Source: Myxococcales bacterium
GTDB lineage: Bacteria > Desulfobacterota > Binatia > HRBIN30
Assembly: GCA_037445065.1 (NCBI GenBank)
Contig: JBBILD010000011.1
Coordinates: 32,001 to 96,000, forward strand
Direction: 5' to 3'
DNA: 64,000 nucleotides
This document shows positions 49,404 to 60,245 of this stretch, in pieces. The notes beneath the pieces are model-generated. The model made no database searches, was not told the origin of the DNA, and saw nothing but the letters and a program-made list of their open reading frames with translations. The stretch's first letter is position 1; each line of letters opens with the position of its first letter. A program made the position numbers and the translations under genes.

Positions 49404-49703
49404 TTAGCACATGCCTTTCGTAGCGCGATCGCTGGTCTCATAACTCAGCCGAATCTGCAACCTTTGCTCGCGGTTGAGAGCGTGGCGCAGCGAGGGAATG
49501 CGTCCCTTCCGCCGCAAAAACAGTTCCCAGCACTCCTCCCGTGGATGAATGTAAGCGCTGCGGCCCGTCGCCGCCCCAGTCTTGAGGATCGGACTTCCCT
49601 CTGCCGTGATGCCAAAGCGGATCATCTCGGCTTGCGGGCTGCGCCCGCCGCACCCTACGCACAGGCGGATCGGAATGTGTGGTGGTTTTCGAGGTGTACC
49701 CAT
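49404..49703 (-). CDS. ylxR: YlxR/RnpM (DUF448) RNA-binding protein
   Basis: 'PIRLCVGC', 'GRSAYIHP...C'; between nusA and infB. Confidence 0.88.
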   Translation of the reverse strand: MGTPRKPPHIPIRLCVGCGGRSPQAEMIRFGITAEGSPILKTGAATGRSAYIHPREECWELFLRRKGRIPSLRHALNREQRLQIRLSYETSDRATKGMC

Positions 49704-49715
49704 CCAATACTCGGC

Positions 49716-51080
49716 TCAGGAACTCGATGGTTCGGCAGAAGAATCGCCGGGAGCGCTACCTGCTTCGGCCTGCGACCCAGCGAGTGCGAGTGCCTCGGTC
49801 GAAGGACTCGGTTCCTCACTCGGCTGGTGTGCCTCCGCTTCCTTTTGCGCCACAAAGGCACGCGCTGCGTTGAGAATCTGGCGAGCCCGGGCGCGTCCAA
49901 TACCCTCGATCTCGGCCAAGGTTTCTTCGTCGAACTGGGCAAGTTCTTCCGGGCTCGCGATCCCTTCATCGAAGAGCCGGTCGGCGGTGGCGGCATCGAT
50001 ACCAGGGACCGCCATGAGTGCTTCGCGCGCATCTTGCGCTTCTTTTGCGGCCTCCGACTCGCTTTTGACGGTGAGGTCGTAGCCCGTGAGCTTGGCCGCA
50101 AGGCGAACGTTTTGTCCGCGACGCCCAATGGCCTGGGCAAGTTCTTCGTCCGGTACGACGATTTCCATTTTCCTTGCGTCCTCGTCCAGCACGATGCGGC
50201 TGACCTTGGCCGGGGCCAGGGCACGCCGGACGAATTCTACCGGGTGGGGATCCCAAGCGATCACGTCAATCCGTTCTCCGCGCAACTCTTGCGTAATGGA
50301 CTGCACACGGGTCCCACGCATGCCCACACACGCGCCGACCGGGTCCACGTCAGGGTCTTTGGAGGTAACGGCAACTTTTGCACGCGAGCCAGGTTCACGC
50401 GCCGCTGCTTTGATTTCCACGATTCCCTGGGACACCTCGGGCACTTCCTGTTCGAACAGTTTGATCAAAAAGCCCGGGTGCGTGCGAGAGAGGATGATTT
50501 CCGGACCTTGGCTGGCCATCTCCACACGGAGGATGTAGGCACGGATGTGATCGCCTGGCCGGTAGCGCTCGCGCGGAATCTGCTCTTCCTCGGGCAGGAT
50601 GGCCTCGGTGCGCCCGAGATTGACGACAATCTTGCGGCGGTCGGAGCGAGCAACGGTGCCAGAGTGAATTAGCTGTCCTTCCCGCGCTTTGAACTCGTTG
50701 TAAATGATTTGCTTCTCTAGGTCGCGGATGCGTTGGCCGAGCTGCTGGCGAACCATTTGCGCTGCGATGCGGGTGCGCTCCATCTCGATCCGCTCGAGCA
50801 ACTCGTCCCCGAGTTGCGCTTCCGGATCGAATTCTTCCCGCGCCTGCTGTAAGGAAATCTCTCGGTTCGGATCCTGTACTTGCTCGACCACTGTCAGCAC
50901 GCGGAATAGTTCCACTTCGCCGAGTTCGGGGTTGTATTTTGCCTCGAGCCGGTATCCTTCCGGGAGCCGTTTGCGCTCCGCCGCTAAGTAGGCCTGCTCC
51001 ACGGCTTCGATCACCAAGTCCCGAGCAATGCCCCGCTCGCGGCTTACCTGATCGATCATGCGGCTCAATTCCGTTGCCAT
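49716..51080 (-). CDS. nusA: Transcription termination/antitermination factor NusA
   Basis: 'RIAAQ', 'LSRTHP', 'AREPGSRAK', 'DPVGACVGMRG', 'AIGRRGQNVRLA'; C-terminal HhH-like repeats. Confidence 0.97.
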   Translation of the reverse strand: MATELSRMIDQVSRERGIARDLVIEAVEQAYLAAERKRLPEGYRLEAKYNPELGEVELFRVLTVVEQVQDPNREISLQQAREEFDPEAQLGDELLERIEMERTRIAAQMVRQQLGQRIRDLEKQIIYNEFKAREGQLIHSGTVARSDRRKIVVNLGRTEAILPEEEQIPRERYRPGDHIRAYILRVEMASQGPEIILSRTHPGFLIKLFEQEVPEVSQGIVEIKAAAREPGSRAKVAVTSKDPDVDPVGACVGMRGTRVQSITQELRGERIDVIAWDPHPVEFVRRALAPAKVSRIVLDEDARKMEIVVPDEELAQAIGRRGQNVRLAAKLTGYDLTVKSESEAAKEAQDAREALMAVPGIDAATADRLFDEGIASPEELAQFDEETLAEIEGIGRARARQILNAARAFVAQKEAEAHQPSEEPSPSTEALALAGSQAEAGSAPGDSSAEPSSS

Positions 51081-51084
51081 GGCA

Positions 51085-51594
51085 TCACCTCTTTCCCTTG
51101 CCTTCGTGGGCGCGCATCCCTTCAGGCCAGGCCGGGTCGGACTCCAAGTTTGCCTGTGCGATTTGATCGAAGGGGATTTGCGTTTCGGTCTCTCCCTCCC
51201 GCACCGAGATGCTGCGCAGGTCTACGCCGGTCAGTTCCCCAGTGAAGGCTTTTCTCCCAGCGATCGGCACGCTCACTTTGACCCGTACCCGTGCCCCTAG
51301 GTAGCGGCGAAAATGCTCGGGTCGCCGTAGTCGGCGGTTGATCCCTGGGGACGACACTTCCAGCACGTACGCTCCCGGAACCACGTCGTGGACGTCGAGC
51401 AAATCGCTCAGTTGGCGGCTGATGACGGTGAGTTCGTCGAGCGTAACGCCGTGTCCCTCTCGCCGATCGACAAAAAGGCGCAGCACCATGCCGGATCGCT
51501 CGCGCCGGTACTCGATGTCAAAGATCTCGAGCCCCTCGCTCGCTGCCACAGGTTCGGCGATTTCCCACACGCGGGTTGTCACTTCTTCGTACAT
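51085..51594 (-). CDS. rimP: Ribosome maturation factor RimP
   Basis: 'VLRLFVDR', 'YVLEVSSPGINR'; first gene of the nusA-infB operon. Confidence 0.95.
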   Translation of the reverse strand: MYEEVTTRVWEIAEPVAASEGLEIFDIEYRRERSGMVLRLFVDRREGHGVTLDELTVISRQLSDLLDVHDVVPGAYVLEVSSPGINRRLRRPEHFRRYLGARVRVKVSVPIAGRKAFTGELTGVDLRSISVREGETETQIPFDQIAQANLESDPAWPEGMRAHEGKGKR

Positions 51595-51610
51595 GGTCAA
51601 CTTTTCAAAC

Positions 51611-51640
51611 AAAAAAAGTGGGCATATCGGCCCACTTTCT
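51611..51640 (-). promoter_or_regulatory. rimP leader terminator/attenuator hairpin
   Basis: Minus strand AAAGTGGGC-CGATAT-GCCCACTTT plus T-tract, 16 nt before the rimP ATG. Confidence 0.75.
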
Positions 51641-51788
51641 TGCGCGGCCAAATTCGTGCCGGAGTGCTTAGCACACCCCGGGCGAGCGCCGCAACGATTG
51701 CTTCGGGAAAGCACGCACCCAGTCGCGGTCGGAGGGCCGCGCCTTCTTTGTGGCTTCGAGTCCGCGGCGAAGTTCCGGTCTCTGGAAC

Positions 51789-52280
51789 TCAGGAGTTGCC
51801 GAGATCGGTGCGCTCGTGAAGGGTGGTTAGCTCCACAATCGTGTAAATCCGTAGCCCGCGCGGTGTCTGGACTTCGACCTCCTCGCCTGGAGCACGCCCC
51901 ATGAGTGCGCGACCGATCGGCGAGTGGATGGAAATTTTTCCTTGCGAGGCGTCCACTTCCTCGGGCATGACGATTTCGAACATGACGGTGTTCCCATCGT
52001 CCACGTCCCGTACCTTGATGACGCTACCATAACCCACCACGCCGCGCGGAACCGAAGACAAATCGTACAGGGAAAGTTGCCGAATCCGGGCTTCGAGTTG
52101 CGCAATCCGCGCTCGGACGTACTCCTGCCGGTGTTTGGCAGCGTCGTACTCCGCGTTTTCACTCAGATCGCCGTGGCTCGCCGCCTCTTGCAACTCTTTG
52201 GGAATCCTACGGGTCAGTTCGTATTGCAGATCGGCGAGTTCCTTTTTGAGTTTCTCGATAATCGGCAGTCCATTGGCCAT
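51789..52280 (-). CDS. greA: Transcription elongation factor GreA
   Basis: 'HGDLSENAEYDAAK', 'ISIHSPIGRALMG'. Confidence 0.93.
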   Translation of the reverse strand: MANGLPIIEKLKKELADLQYELTRRIPKELQEAASHGDLSENAEYDAAKHRQEYVRARIAQLEARIRQLSLYDLSSVPRGVVGYGSVIKVRDVDDGNTVMFEIVMPEEVDASQGKISIHSPIGRALMGRAPGEEVEVQTPRGLRIYTIVELTTLHERTDLGNS

Positions 52281-52282
52281 CG

Positions 52283-53482
52283 TTAAATCACCCCGTTTTT
52301 TTGGAGTTCCTGCAGGTCCTTGGCGCTGAGCCCAAGCCAGCTTTCATAAACTTCGCGGTTGTGCGCGCCAAGATGGGGGCCGAGCCATCGGATCGCCGCT
52401 GGAGTTCGCGAAAACTGCATGGGTGTTGCAGCCACCGGGACCTCTCCGAGCGTCTGGTGCTGGATCCACTGGATCCCACCGCGCTCGCGCAGATGCGGAT
52501 CGCGGAGCAAGTCGCTCATGGTGAGAACCGGGGCGCAGGGCAAATTGGCGCCCTCAGGCCCGAGCGTGGCGAGCACCTCTTGGACTGTGTGAGAGGCGAC
52601 CCAGTCTGCCACCACTTGGTGGACCTCGTCGTGACGTTCCAGGCGGGCTTGCGGGGTTTTGAAGCGCGGGTCGCGCCCAAGTTCTGGTCGCCCAATGGCG
52701 GTCATTAAGGCGCGGAACAGTGCGCTGTTGCCAACCGCAATGACCACCCAGCCGTCTTTGGCACGGAAGCAATCGTAAGGTGCGGTAAACGGGTGCCGGT
52801 TGCCCATCCTTTTCGGTTCTTGCCCGGTCATGCCAGTTATGGTGACCCAATTGTCGGTCATGCTGAGGATGGCCTCCATGTTCGACACGTCAACGAACTG
52901 GCCCTCCCCGGTCAGGCGGGCGGAAAACAGCGCGCAAACGACGCCAAAAGCCGCAAACAGCCCCCCGATGAAGTCTGCAAGCGCACCACCACCACGGGTC
53001 GGCGGCGCAGCGGCAAAGCCAGTCAGGCTCATCAAGCCCCCCATGGCTTGGGCGATGATGTCGTAAGAAGGTCGCTGGGCGTACGGTCCCGTTTGCCCAA
53101 AGCCAGAAAGGGCCGCGTATACGAGCTTGGGGTTTTCTTGGCGGAGCGAGTCGTAGCCGAGCCCCCAACGGCTCATCGTGCCTGGCGTGAAGTTTTCCAC
53201 CACCGCGTCCACCTTGGCAGCTAAGCGCCGCGCCAGTTCTTGCCCTTGGCTGGTACGGAGGTCCAAGGTGATGCACTTCTTGTTCCGGTTCAGCGCTAAG
53301 TGGGCGAGCGGCACTCCGTGGAGGGAGGGATAACCGTAGCGCCCGTCATCGCCGCGCCCCGGCAGTTCCACTTTGATGACTTCTGCTCCCAAATCGCCCA
53401 GCAACATGGTCGCGTAGGGGCCAGCCACCACACGGGTAAAATCCAAGATGCGAATGCCGCTCAGCGGACCGGATGGGCGCAT
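52283..53482 (-). CDS. Family III (CaiB/BaiF) CoA transferase
   Basis: 'LSGIRILDFTRVVAGP', 'LGAEVIKVE', 'NRNKK', 'ENFTPG', 'SGFGQTGP'. Confidence 0.93.
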   Translation of the reverse strand: MRPSGPLSGIRILDFTRVVAGPYATMLLGDLGAEVIKVELPGRGDDGRYGYPSLHGVPLAHLALNRNKKCITLDLRTSQGQELARRLAAKVDAVVENFTPGTMSRWGLGYDSLRQENPKLVYAALSGFGQTGPYAQRPSYDIIAQAMGGLMSLTGFAAAPPTRGGGALADFIGGLFAAFGVVCALFSARLTGEGQFVDVSNMEAILSMTDNWVTITGMTGQEPKRMGNRHPFTAPYDCFRAKDGWVVIAVGNSALFRALMTAIGRPELGRDPRFKTPQARLERHDEVHQVVADWVASHTVQEVLATLGPEGANLPCAPVLTMSDLLRDPHLRERGGIQWIQHQTLGEVPVAATPMQFSRTPAAIRWLGPHLGAHNREVYESWLGLSAKDLQELQKNGVI

Positions 53483-53485
53483 ACG

Positions 53486-53668
53486 TTATTTCTCGTCGCC
53501 CAGAAGTTGCTTTGCTTTTTCGTGCGTTTCGTCGCCCCGGTACTTGGATGCGCTGCCGGAGAGCCAGGACCAGGCCTGACTCCACGCCGTCTCGGAGTGA
53601 TGGAGATACCAGTACATGAGACCGACCCCAACGACGAAGCCCAGTAAGAAGCGCTTGAGGCTGTTCAT
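53486..53668 (-). CDS. Small membrane-anchored hypothetical protein
   Basis: 60 aa, N-terminal TM 'FLLGFVVGVGLMYWY'; stops 3 nt before the CoA transferase start; TTGACA upstream. Confidence 0.65.
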   Translation of the reverse strand: MNSLKRFLLGFVVGVGLMYWYLHHSETAWSQAWSWLSGSASKYRGDETHEKAKQLLGDEK

Positions 53669-53761
53669 ACGGTTATGGCTACGAGCAGCAACGCGCGCCT
53701 GTCAACGACTTTCTACCCGCGTTCGGTGGCCCTTACCGCGGCTTCAGGAGTCGTTCGTTCC

Positions 53762-54259
53762 TCACTGTGTTTCGCCTTTCTTCTCCCCTTCGGGCTCCTT
53801 CTTGGGCGCCGTGGGGGGAACGGGTGGCTCCTTCGGATCAACAAAAATGGTGATTTCATCGCGACCCCATCGGCCATCAACATCATCGATGCGGCAAGAG
53901 ACTTTGTACTCACCTGGGCGCTTGAAGACGTGTACAGGCTCGCGTTCTTTCGAGGTGGTAGCGTCGCCGAAGTCCCAGTGAAACCGGGGCTTCTTGAGTT
54001 CCTCGCCCTCCAAGTCGAGCGTGAACTTCACCTTGAGCGGGGCTTCTCCCATGTCGGGTTCTGCCTCGACCCAAAAGAGGATTTTGTTGAGTAGCTCCAG
54101 GTCCGCCTCGCTGATCGTCGGCAGAGGAGAGGGGGACTGCTTCGGGGTCTGCTCCACCGGGGGGGCAGGGGTAGGTTGGGCAGCCTTCCCTGCCACCCCG
54201 AGCCCACACACCATGCATCCGAACAGCCATCCGGCACTGAGTTTTGTCCGCCAGCGCAT
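53762..54259 (-). CDS. Small exported PKD-domain protein
   Basis: Signal-like N-terminus; 'GEAPLKVKF', 'WDFGD', 'HVFKRPGEYKV'. Confidence 0.82.
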   Translation of the reverse strand: MRWRTKLSAGWLFGCMVCGLGVAGKAAQPTPAPPVEQTPKQSPSPLPTISEADLELLNKILFWVEAEPDMGEAPLKVKFTLDLEGEELKKPRFHWDFGDATTSKEREPVHVFKRPGEYKVSCRIDDVDGRWGRDEITIFVDPKEPPVPPTAPKKEPEGEKKGETQ

Positions 54260-54365
54260 CCGCCTTTGACCTCCACAGTTTTGCGCGCGGCCTTTATCGG
54301 AAGGGCGTTGCTGGTACAAGGTACCGCCGCAGCGGGTACACGCCGATCGGGGAGTCTTCGCGCGC

Positions 54366-55397
54366 TCAGTGCTGCTGGCGAACCCGTTCTCCCGGTTTGT
54401 TCTTTGTGGGTGTTTCGTCCAGAAGGGCCAAGAGGCGCCGCGCTGCCTCGGTGGGAGTGAGGCGGTGGTCTCCGATGGCTGCCTCCAGTTCCGTGAGTAC
54501 TCGCTTCACATCGCTGCGCGCAAGAAAATGCGCCACCACGCCATCTTCGACGAGGTCCCAGAACCATTTGCGCCATTGCGCTTCGCGCTTGCGGCGTAGC
54601 TCGCTCGCCTGCGCCAAGGTGTCGTGGTGGCGGCAAATGATCTCCCACACCGTGTCCATGCCTTTGCCGGTGAAGCCGCTGACCGTAATCACCGGCGGCT
54701 CCCAGACCGAGGAACTATGGCGAAAGAGGCGCAGTGCACTGCGGTACTCGGCCGCCGCGCGCTCCGCCGCCTGTACGTTCTCTCCGTCCGCTTTGTTGAT
54801 GGCCAAGGCGTCCACCAACTCCAGAATTCCTTTTTTAATGCCCTGCAGTTCGTCGCCAGCACCAGCGAGCATCAGGACCAGAAAAAAGTCCACCATGGAC
54901 GCAACCGTGAACTCCGATTGCCCCACCCCCACGGTCTCGACCAGCACCACGTCGTAACCGGCAGCCTCGCACACTAGGATGGCCTCGCGGGTGCGCCGCG
55001 CGACGCCACCGAGTGAGCCCCCGGACGGACTGGGCCGTATGAAGGCCTGTGGTGCCACAGACAGCCGAGCCATTCGCGTCTTGTCGCCCAGGATGCTGCC
55101 GCCAGAGATTGCGCTCGACGGGTCCACCGCCAGCACAGCCACTTGCTTCCCTTGCGTGATCAAGTAGAGGCCGAAGGCTTCGATAAACGTGCTTTTGCCC
55201 ACGCCCGGGACCCCGCTGATCCCGATGCGGAAGGACTTGCCCGTAAACGGCAACAGCAGCTCGAGCAGTCGCTGCGCCTGCTCCTGATGGTCGGCACGCG
55301 TGCTTTCCACCAGGGTAATCGCTTTCGCGAGCGCTCGCCGATCTCCACTGCGAACGCCTTCAGCAAGCGCTTCGACGGTGGAGATGGTACGGCTCAC
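54366..55397 (-). CDS. meaB: Methylmalonyl-CoA mutase chaperone GTPase MeaB
   Basis: 'GVPGVGKST', 'AVDPSS...[11 protein letters not shown]', 'ETVGVGQSE', '[10 protein letters not shown]', 'NKAD'. Confidence 0.96.
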   Translation of the reverse strand: MSRTISTVEALAEGVRSGDRRALAKAITLVESTRADHQEQAQRLLELLLPFTGKSFRIGISGVPGVGKSTFIEAFGLYLITQGKQVAVLAVDPSSAISGGSILGDKTRMARLSVAPQAFIRPSPSGGSLGGVARRTREAILVCEAAGYDVVLVETVGVGQSEFTVASMVDFFLVLMLAGAGDELQGIKKGILELVDALAINKADGENVQAAERAAAEYRSALRLFRHSSSVWEPPVITVSGFTGKGMDTVWEIICRHHDTLAQASELRRKREAQWRKWFWDLVEDGVVAHFLARSDVKRVLTELEAAIGDHRLTPTEAARRLLALLDETPTKNKPGERVRQQH

Positions 55398-57565
55398 GCG
55401 TGGGCAACCTTGGATGTGGGTTCTGTTGCTTGGCGCACCAGTTCGAGCACCTGGCGCGCCGCCTTAGGGATCGGGGTGCCTGGTCCGAAAATCGCCTTGA
55501 CACCGGCTTGGCGCAAAAAGGCGTAGTCCCGCGAGGGAATGATGCCACCGACGGTCACGATGATGTCGGAAGCGCCGAGCCGCTCGAGTTCCCGAATCAA
55601 CTGTGGCACCAGCGTCTTATGGCCGCCCGATTGGGTCGAGATCCCCACCACATGAACGTCGTTTTCCACCGCTTGGCGGGCCACTTCTTCTGGGGTTTGG
55701 AAGAGGGTACCGATGTCCACGTCGAAGCCCAAGTCCGCGAACGCAGTGGCAATCACCTTGGCCCCGCGATCGTGACCGTCTTGCCCCACCTTGGCGACCA
55801 GAATGCGCGGCCGCCGGCCGTGCTCGTCGGCAAACCGCCGCACCTCTTCGCGCAGTGCTTCCCACTCCGGGTCCTGCCCGTATTCGCGCGCGTAAATGCC
55901 GGATACGGAGCGGATTTCCGGCTGGTATCGGCCCCACACCTTCTCGAGAGCAGCCGAAATCTCTCCCACCGTGGCACGAGCACGGGCCGCCTCGATGGCC
56001 AGGGCGAGCAGGTTCCCCTCGCCGCTTTCCGCGCAACGAGTGAGCGCAGCCAGCGCTGCCTCTACTTTGGCGCTGTCGCGCTTCGCGCGGATCTCTTTGA
56101 GGCGGGCAATCTGCTTCTCCCGCACGGCGGTGTTGTCAATCTCGCGAATGTCAATTTCCGGTTCTTCCGGAAGCCGGTACTTGTTGACTCCGACGATGAT
56201 GTCCTCGCCGCGGTCAATGCGCGCCTGGCGGCGTGCGGCAGTTTCTTCGATGCGCAGCTTGGGCAGCCCCGCTTCGATTGCCTTCACCATGCCACCCATG
56301 GCTTCCACTTCCTCGATGATGTTCATCGCCTTGCGGGCCAAGGCGTGGGTGAGGGATTCCATGAAGTACGACCCGCCCCACGGGTCAATGACTTTGGGGA
56401 TCCCCGTTTCGAGCTGGAGGATGAGCTGGGTGTTGCGAGCGATGCGGGCCGCGGTATCGCTCGGCAGGGCGATCGCCTCGTCGTACGAGTTCGTGTGTAA
56501 GCTTTGCGTGCCTCCGAACACGGCCGCCATCGCCTCGATGGTGGTACGTACGATGTTATTGAACGGGTCCTGCTCCGTGAGGCTTGCCCCGGAAGTTTGG
56601 CAGTGAGTCCGCAACATGAGAGAGGTGCGCTTCTTCGGTCGGAAGTGACGCTTCATCAGGGTCGCCCACAGCAAGCGTGCGGCACGCAGCTTGGCCACCT
56701 CCATGTAGAAGTTCATGCCGATTGCGAAGAAAAACGACAGACGCCCGGCGAACTCGTCAATGTCCAACCCCTTGGACAGTGCCGCGCGCACGTACTCCAG
56801 CCCGTCGGCCAGGGTGAATCCCAACTCGAGGTCGCACGTGGCTCCGGCTTCCTGCATGTGGTAGCCGGAAATCGAGATCGAGTTGAACTTGGGCATTTCC
56901 TTGGCGGTGAACTCGATGATGTCTGCCACGATGCGCATCGAGGGCCCTGGCGGGTAGATGTACGTGTTGCGCACCATGAATTCCTTGAGAATGTCGTTTT
57001 GGATGGTGCCGGTCAGTTTCGAGCGGTGTACGCCTTGCTCTTCTCCGGCCACGATGAAGCTTGCCAGAACGGGCAGCACCGCACCGTTCATGGTCATGGA
57101 CACGGACATCCGGTCCAGCGGCACTCCGTCGAACAAGATCTTCATGTCCTCCACCGAGTCGATCGCGACCCCAGCTTTGCCGACGTCACCGACAACGCGG
57201 GGGTGATCGCTGTCATATCCGCGGTGGGTGGCCAAGTCGAAGGCCACCGAAAGCCCCATTTGCCCTTGCGCGAGGCAGGCGCGGTAGAACGCGTTCGACT
57301 CCTCGGCCGTGGAAAAGCCAGCGTACTGGCGGATGGTCCAAGGCTTCTCCGCGTACATGGTTGCGCGCGGGCCCCGGATGAAGGGGAAGTCGCCCGGGAT
57401 GGTGTCGAGAAAATCGAGCCCTTCTACGTCCGCCCGAGTGTACAGTGGCTTTACGTCAATCCCTTCGGGTGTATGCCAAACGAGTTCTTGCGGGTCGCGG
57501 CCCTTGCGCTCTTCGCGCGCAAGCTCCGCCCATCGCTCGAGATTCGCTTTGTCTTGTGCCGCCAT
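55394..57565 (-). CDS. scpA: B12-dependent methylmalonyl-CoA mutase
   Basis: '[10 protein letters not shown]', '[14 protein letters not shown]', '[10 protein letters not shown]', B12 motif 'GQDGHDRG'. Confidence 0.95.
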   Translation of the reverse strand: MAAQDKANLERWAELAREERKGRDPQELVWHTPEGIDVKPLYTRADVEGLDFLDTIPGDFPFIRGPRATMYAEKPWTIRQYAGFSTAEESNAFYRACLAQGQMGLSVAFDLATHRGYDSDHPRVVGDVGKAGVAIDSVEDMKILFDGVPLDRMSVSMTMNGAVLPVLASFIVAGEEQGVHRSKLTGTIQNDILKEFMVRNTYIYPPGPSMRIVADIIEFTAKEMPKFNSISISGYHMQEAGATCDLELGFTLADGLEYVRAALSKGLDIDEFAGRLSFFFAIGMNFYMEVAKLRAARLLWATLMKRHFRPKKRTSLMLRTHCQTSGASLTEQDPFNNIVRTTIEAMAAVFGGTQSLHTNSYDEAIALPSDTAARIARNTQLILQLETGIPKVIDPWGGSYFMESLTHALARKAMNIIEEVEAMGGMVKAIEAGLPKLRIEETAARRQARIDRGEDIIVGVNKYRLPEEPEIDIREIDNTAVREKQIARLKEIRAKRDSAKVEAALAALTRCAESGEGNLLALAIEAARARATVGEISAALEKVWGRYQPEIRSVSGIYAREYGQDPEWEALREEVRRFADEHGRRPRILVAKVGQDGHDRGAKVIATAFADLGFDVDIGTLFQTPEEVARQAVENDVHVVGISTQSGGHKTLVPQLIRELERLGASDIIVTVGGIIPSRDYAFLRQAGVKAIFGPGTPIPKAARQVLELVRQATEPTSKVAHA

Positions 57566-57693
57566 CGGTTTCTCCTCGTCCTGCCCGGCTGCGGAGGGCA
57601 AGAGGGCAGAGTGGTATCTAGGCCGAGGCTTCTAGCAATCAGCGGGAAGCGAGCAAACACGCCCGCCCTCCCAACCGCTGCACGGAAGCGGGG

Positions 57694-57939
57694 TCAAGCC
57701 TTGCGTTCGAGCACTTCTCGCTCGCCGTAGAGCTTGCGTACCCGGATCGTACTTGGCGGCGCCACCGCCAAGCACAGTTCGCAAAGTGTGCACTCGTCCA
57801 GATTTTTCTCCACGATTTCGAGCCGCTCCTGGGCTCCGAGGGCGAAGATATTGACCGGGCACACTTCCACTAATTTCCGCGCCAGTTCCGGGTTCCCGGC
57901 CACCTCGGGAGCGACTTCGACGTCAATGAATAGTGCCAT
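57694..57939 (-). CDS. Small ferredoxin (single 4Fe-4S cluster motif)
   Basis: 'VCPVNIF' plus 'CTLCELC'. Confidence 0.85.
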   Translation of the reverse strand: MALFIDVEVAPEVAGNPELARKLVEVCPVNIFALGAQERLEIVEKNLDECTLCELCLAVAPPSTIRVRKLYGEREVLERKA

Positions 57940-57967
57940 GGAGTGTCCTCTCCTGCAGGAGTTGCCG

Positions 57968-58867
57968 TCACATCCCGAGCCGCTGTTTCACGAGTGCGGG
58001 GATGTCCTCGATGCGCTCGGCAATGGAAATGCCTGCTGCCTGCATGCGCGCGATCTTTTCTGCCGTGGTGTCTGCCTTCCCCTCGACGATCGTGCCGGCA
58101 TGACCGAAACGCATCCCGGGCATCTCGTCCATAAAACGGCCCGCCATGAAGGCCACGATCGGCAAGCGGCTCTTCTTCTCCACGACGTATTGGGCCAGCT
58201 CGGCCTCCATTCGTCCTCCCGGCTCGCAGTAAATCACGATGGCGCGAGTTTCCGGGTCCGCCTCAAATAGGGGCATCAAGTCGGCATACGTGGAACCGAT
58301 GATTGCGTCCCCCCCGATCGAGACCGCAGTGGACTGCCCCAGGCCTGCCGCGCTCAGGGTATTGCACATTTCTGTCGTCATACCGCCCGAGCGCGACATC
58401 ACTCCCACGAAGCCCTTCTTGAAGGCCTTACGCGCATCCTCCGCTCGCCCGCCGAGACCTCCCATTTTCGCTTCGTCCGGAGAAAGAATTCCCAAACAGT
58501 TTGGCCCGATGATTCGCGCCCCGCGCTGGCGCGCCAGCTCCACCATTTGCGCTACCTCGTAGCGGGGGATCCGCTCGGTCACGATGACGATAAGCTTGAT
58601 GCCGGCGTCCAGCGCTTCGAACACCGCGTCGCGCGTGAAGGCTGGCGGCACCGCCACCACCGTGCCATCTACCCGCGTGCGTGAAGTGACCTGCCGGACC
58701 GTATCGTACACGGGAACCCCGTACACTTCGCGTCCCCCTCGCCCTGGGGTGACCCCGCCCACGATCTTCGAACCGTAATCGAGACACTCCCGGGTCATGT
58801 TTACCGCTTCGCGACCCGTGATGCCTTGAATAATGAACGTCGTGTCTTTGGTGATCAGGATGGACAT
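57968..58867 (-). CDS. Succinate-CoA ligase alpha-subunit-like protein
   Basis: 'IIQGITG', 'GGVTPG', 'IIGPNCLG', 'SRSGG', phospho-His 'FGHAG'. Confidence 0.88.
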   Translation of the reverse strand: MSILITKDTTFIIQGITGREAVNMTRECLDYGSKIVGGVTPGRGGREVYGVPVYDTVRQVTSRTRVDGTVVAVPPAFTRDAVFEALDAGIKLIVIVTERIPRYEVAQMVELARQRGARIIGPNCLGILSPDEAKMGGLGGRAEDARKAFKKGFVGVMSRSGGMTTEMCNTLSAAGLGQSTAVSIGGDAIIGSTYADLMPLFEADPETRAIVIYCEPGGRMEAELAQYVVEKKSRLPIVAFMAGRFMDEMPGMRFGHAGTIVEGKADTTAEKIARMQAAGISIAERIEDIPALVKQRLGM

Positions 58868-58869
58868 CG

Positions 58870-60078
58870 TCAGCCCTCGCGCATTTTTGCGACGGCGCGG
58901 CCTGCAGCCTCGTACATCGAGACCGTGCGGTCGCAGTACTCCACTCCGTAGTCCCGCAAGATCTTGAATCCTTCGTTCTCCCAAGATCCGGGAATGCGGA
59001 AAATCGCGATCTTGTCCGCGGGCCGGAAACCCGACTCAATCACGCCTTTGATCACGCCGCGGGCCACGAGGTCTACCCGCGTGTTGGAGACCACGTTCAT
59101 CATCACCGCGATTTTCTTGACCCCGGGCTTCGACAAGATCAGCTTGGTCAGAGCACAGGTCTTGGCCACACTGGGATTGCCGCCGATCTCGCAGTAATTG
59201 GCGGGCCGCCCGCCGTGCTTGCGAATCGCGTCGAACAGGGTCAGCGACCCTCCGCCGGCGCCAATAATGAGGCCGAGGTCCCCGTCGAACTCTACCACGT
59301 TCCCTGCCACCCCGCGCGGGTCGGACGCGTCAATTTGCGCTCCTCGGACTTCGAACTCGGTCGGCGGGCGCGCTTGGCGCTTCTCCTCGGGAGAAATCCC
59401 GAGTTCTTCCAGTAAGGCACGTTGCGACTCCTTGGCGTCGTCCTCGAGGTCCACGTGCCCGTCGAGGCAAACGAAACGCCCATCTTCGAGTCGCGCCAGA
59501 GGGTTGATCTCGGCCAGGGTGAGGTGGTGCGCTTGGAAGCAACGCGCCAACTGTGCCGCGATGTGAGTGAGCCGCACTAGGTGCGTACCGCGAATCCCCA
59601 AGGAGGCAATCAGCTCCTTTGCCATGTAGTCCGAAAACGGTTGGATGGTCGAGAAGTGGCGCTTGGCGATATGCTCCGGGTGCTTTTCAGCGACTTCTTC
59701 CACGTCAATGCCACCCATGTCGCTGAACACCATGACCGGGAGCCGAGCAAAGCCATCCCAAGTCACTCCCAGGTAGTACTCCTGGGCGACCGGTGCGCGG
59801 CCTTCGACGAGTACACCCCGCGGGGTGTGGCCCTTGATCACGAGGCGCAAGATTTTCCCCGCCGCGTGCGCTGCCTCGCTGGGCGTTTCGGCGAACAAGA
59901 CGCCACCCGCTTTCATCCGGCCCCCGGTCAGCACTTGTGCCTTCAGCACCACCGGGCCGCCGATCTCCTCCGCAATTGCGGCGGCTGCTTCGGGTGACTC
60001 CGCTACCCGAGAGCCGGTCGGTAACGGGATGCCATACTTACCGAATAGCTTTTTCGCCTCGAACTCGTAGAAACGCAT
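58870..60078 (-). CDS. Succinate-CoA ligase beta-subunit-like ATP-grasp protein with a divergent substrate loop
   Basis: 'YEFEAK', 'KAQVLTGGRMKAGGV', 'EINPL'; 'IIGAGGGSL' and 'PANYCEIGGNP' differ from SucC. Confidence 0.85.
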   Translation of the reverse strand: MRFYEFEAKKLFGKYGIPLPTGSRVAESPEAAAAIAEEIGGPVVLKAQVLTGGRMKAGGVLFAETPSEAAHAAGKILRLVIKGHTPRGVLVEGRAPVAQEYYLGVTWDGFARLPVMVFSDMGGIDVEEVAEKHPEHIAKRHFSTIQPFSDYMAKELIASLGIRGTHLVRLTHIAAQLARCFQAHHLTLAEINPLARLEDGRFVCLDGHVDLEDDAKESQRALLEELGISPEEKRQARPPTEFEVRGAQIDASDPRGVAGNVVEFDGDLGLIIGAGGGSLTLFDAIRKHGGRPANYCEIGGNPSVAKTCALTKLILSKPGVKKIAVMMNVVSNTRVDLVARGVIKGVIESGFRPADKIAIFRIPGSWENEGFKILRDYGVEYCDRTVSMYEAAGRAVAKMREG

Positions 60079-60245
60079 GCCCTCGCTCCTCGCCGTTGCG
60101 CCGGAAAGCGCCTCGCGCCTAGCCAACTCGCTCCTTTGCGTCAACGCGCGGGAGGCGGTGCCCGTCGCCCTCACTGGCTGGAGTCGTTTCCAGTGCGGTG
60201 GTAACTACGGGCGGAACCACGGTGAGCAACGGAAAGGACTGGACA

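Noticed and set aside
51661..51695. TTAGCACAC as a CIRCE half-site
   Set aside because: No correctly spaced second arm; more simply a promoter element for the rimP operon
55394..57565. Ethylmalonyl-CoA mutase (ecm) given the nearby Mcd-like gene
   Set aside because: The 'RQYAGF' and '[12 protein letters not shown]' motifs are those of classical methylmalonyl-CoA mutase
57566..57693. Cobalamin riboswitch upstream of the mutase
   Set aside because: Only 128 nt and no recognisable B12-box motifs
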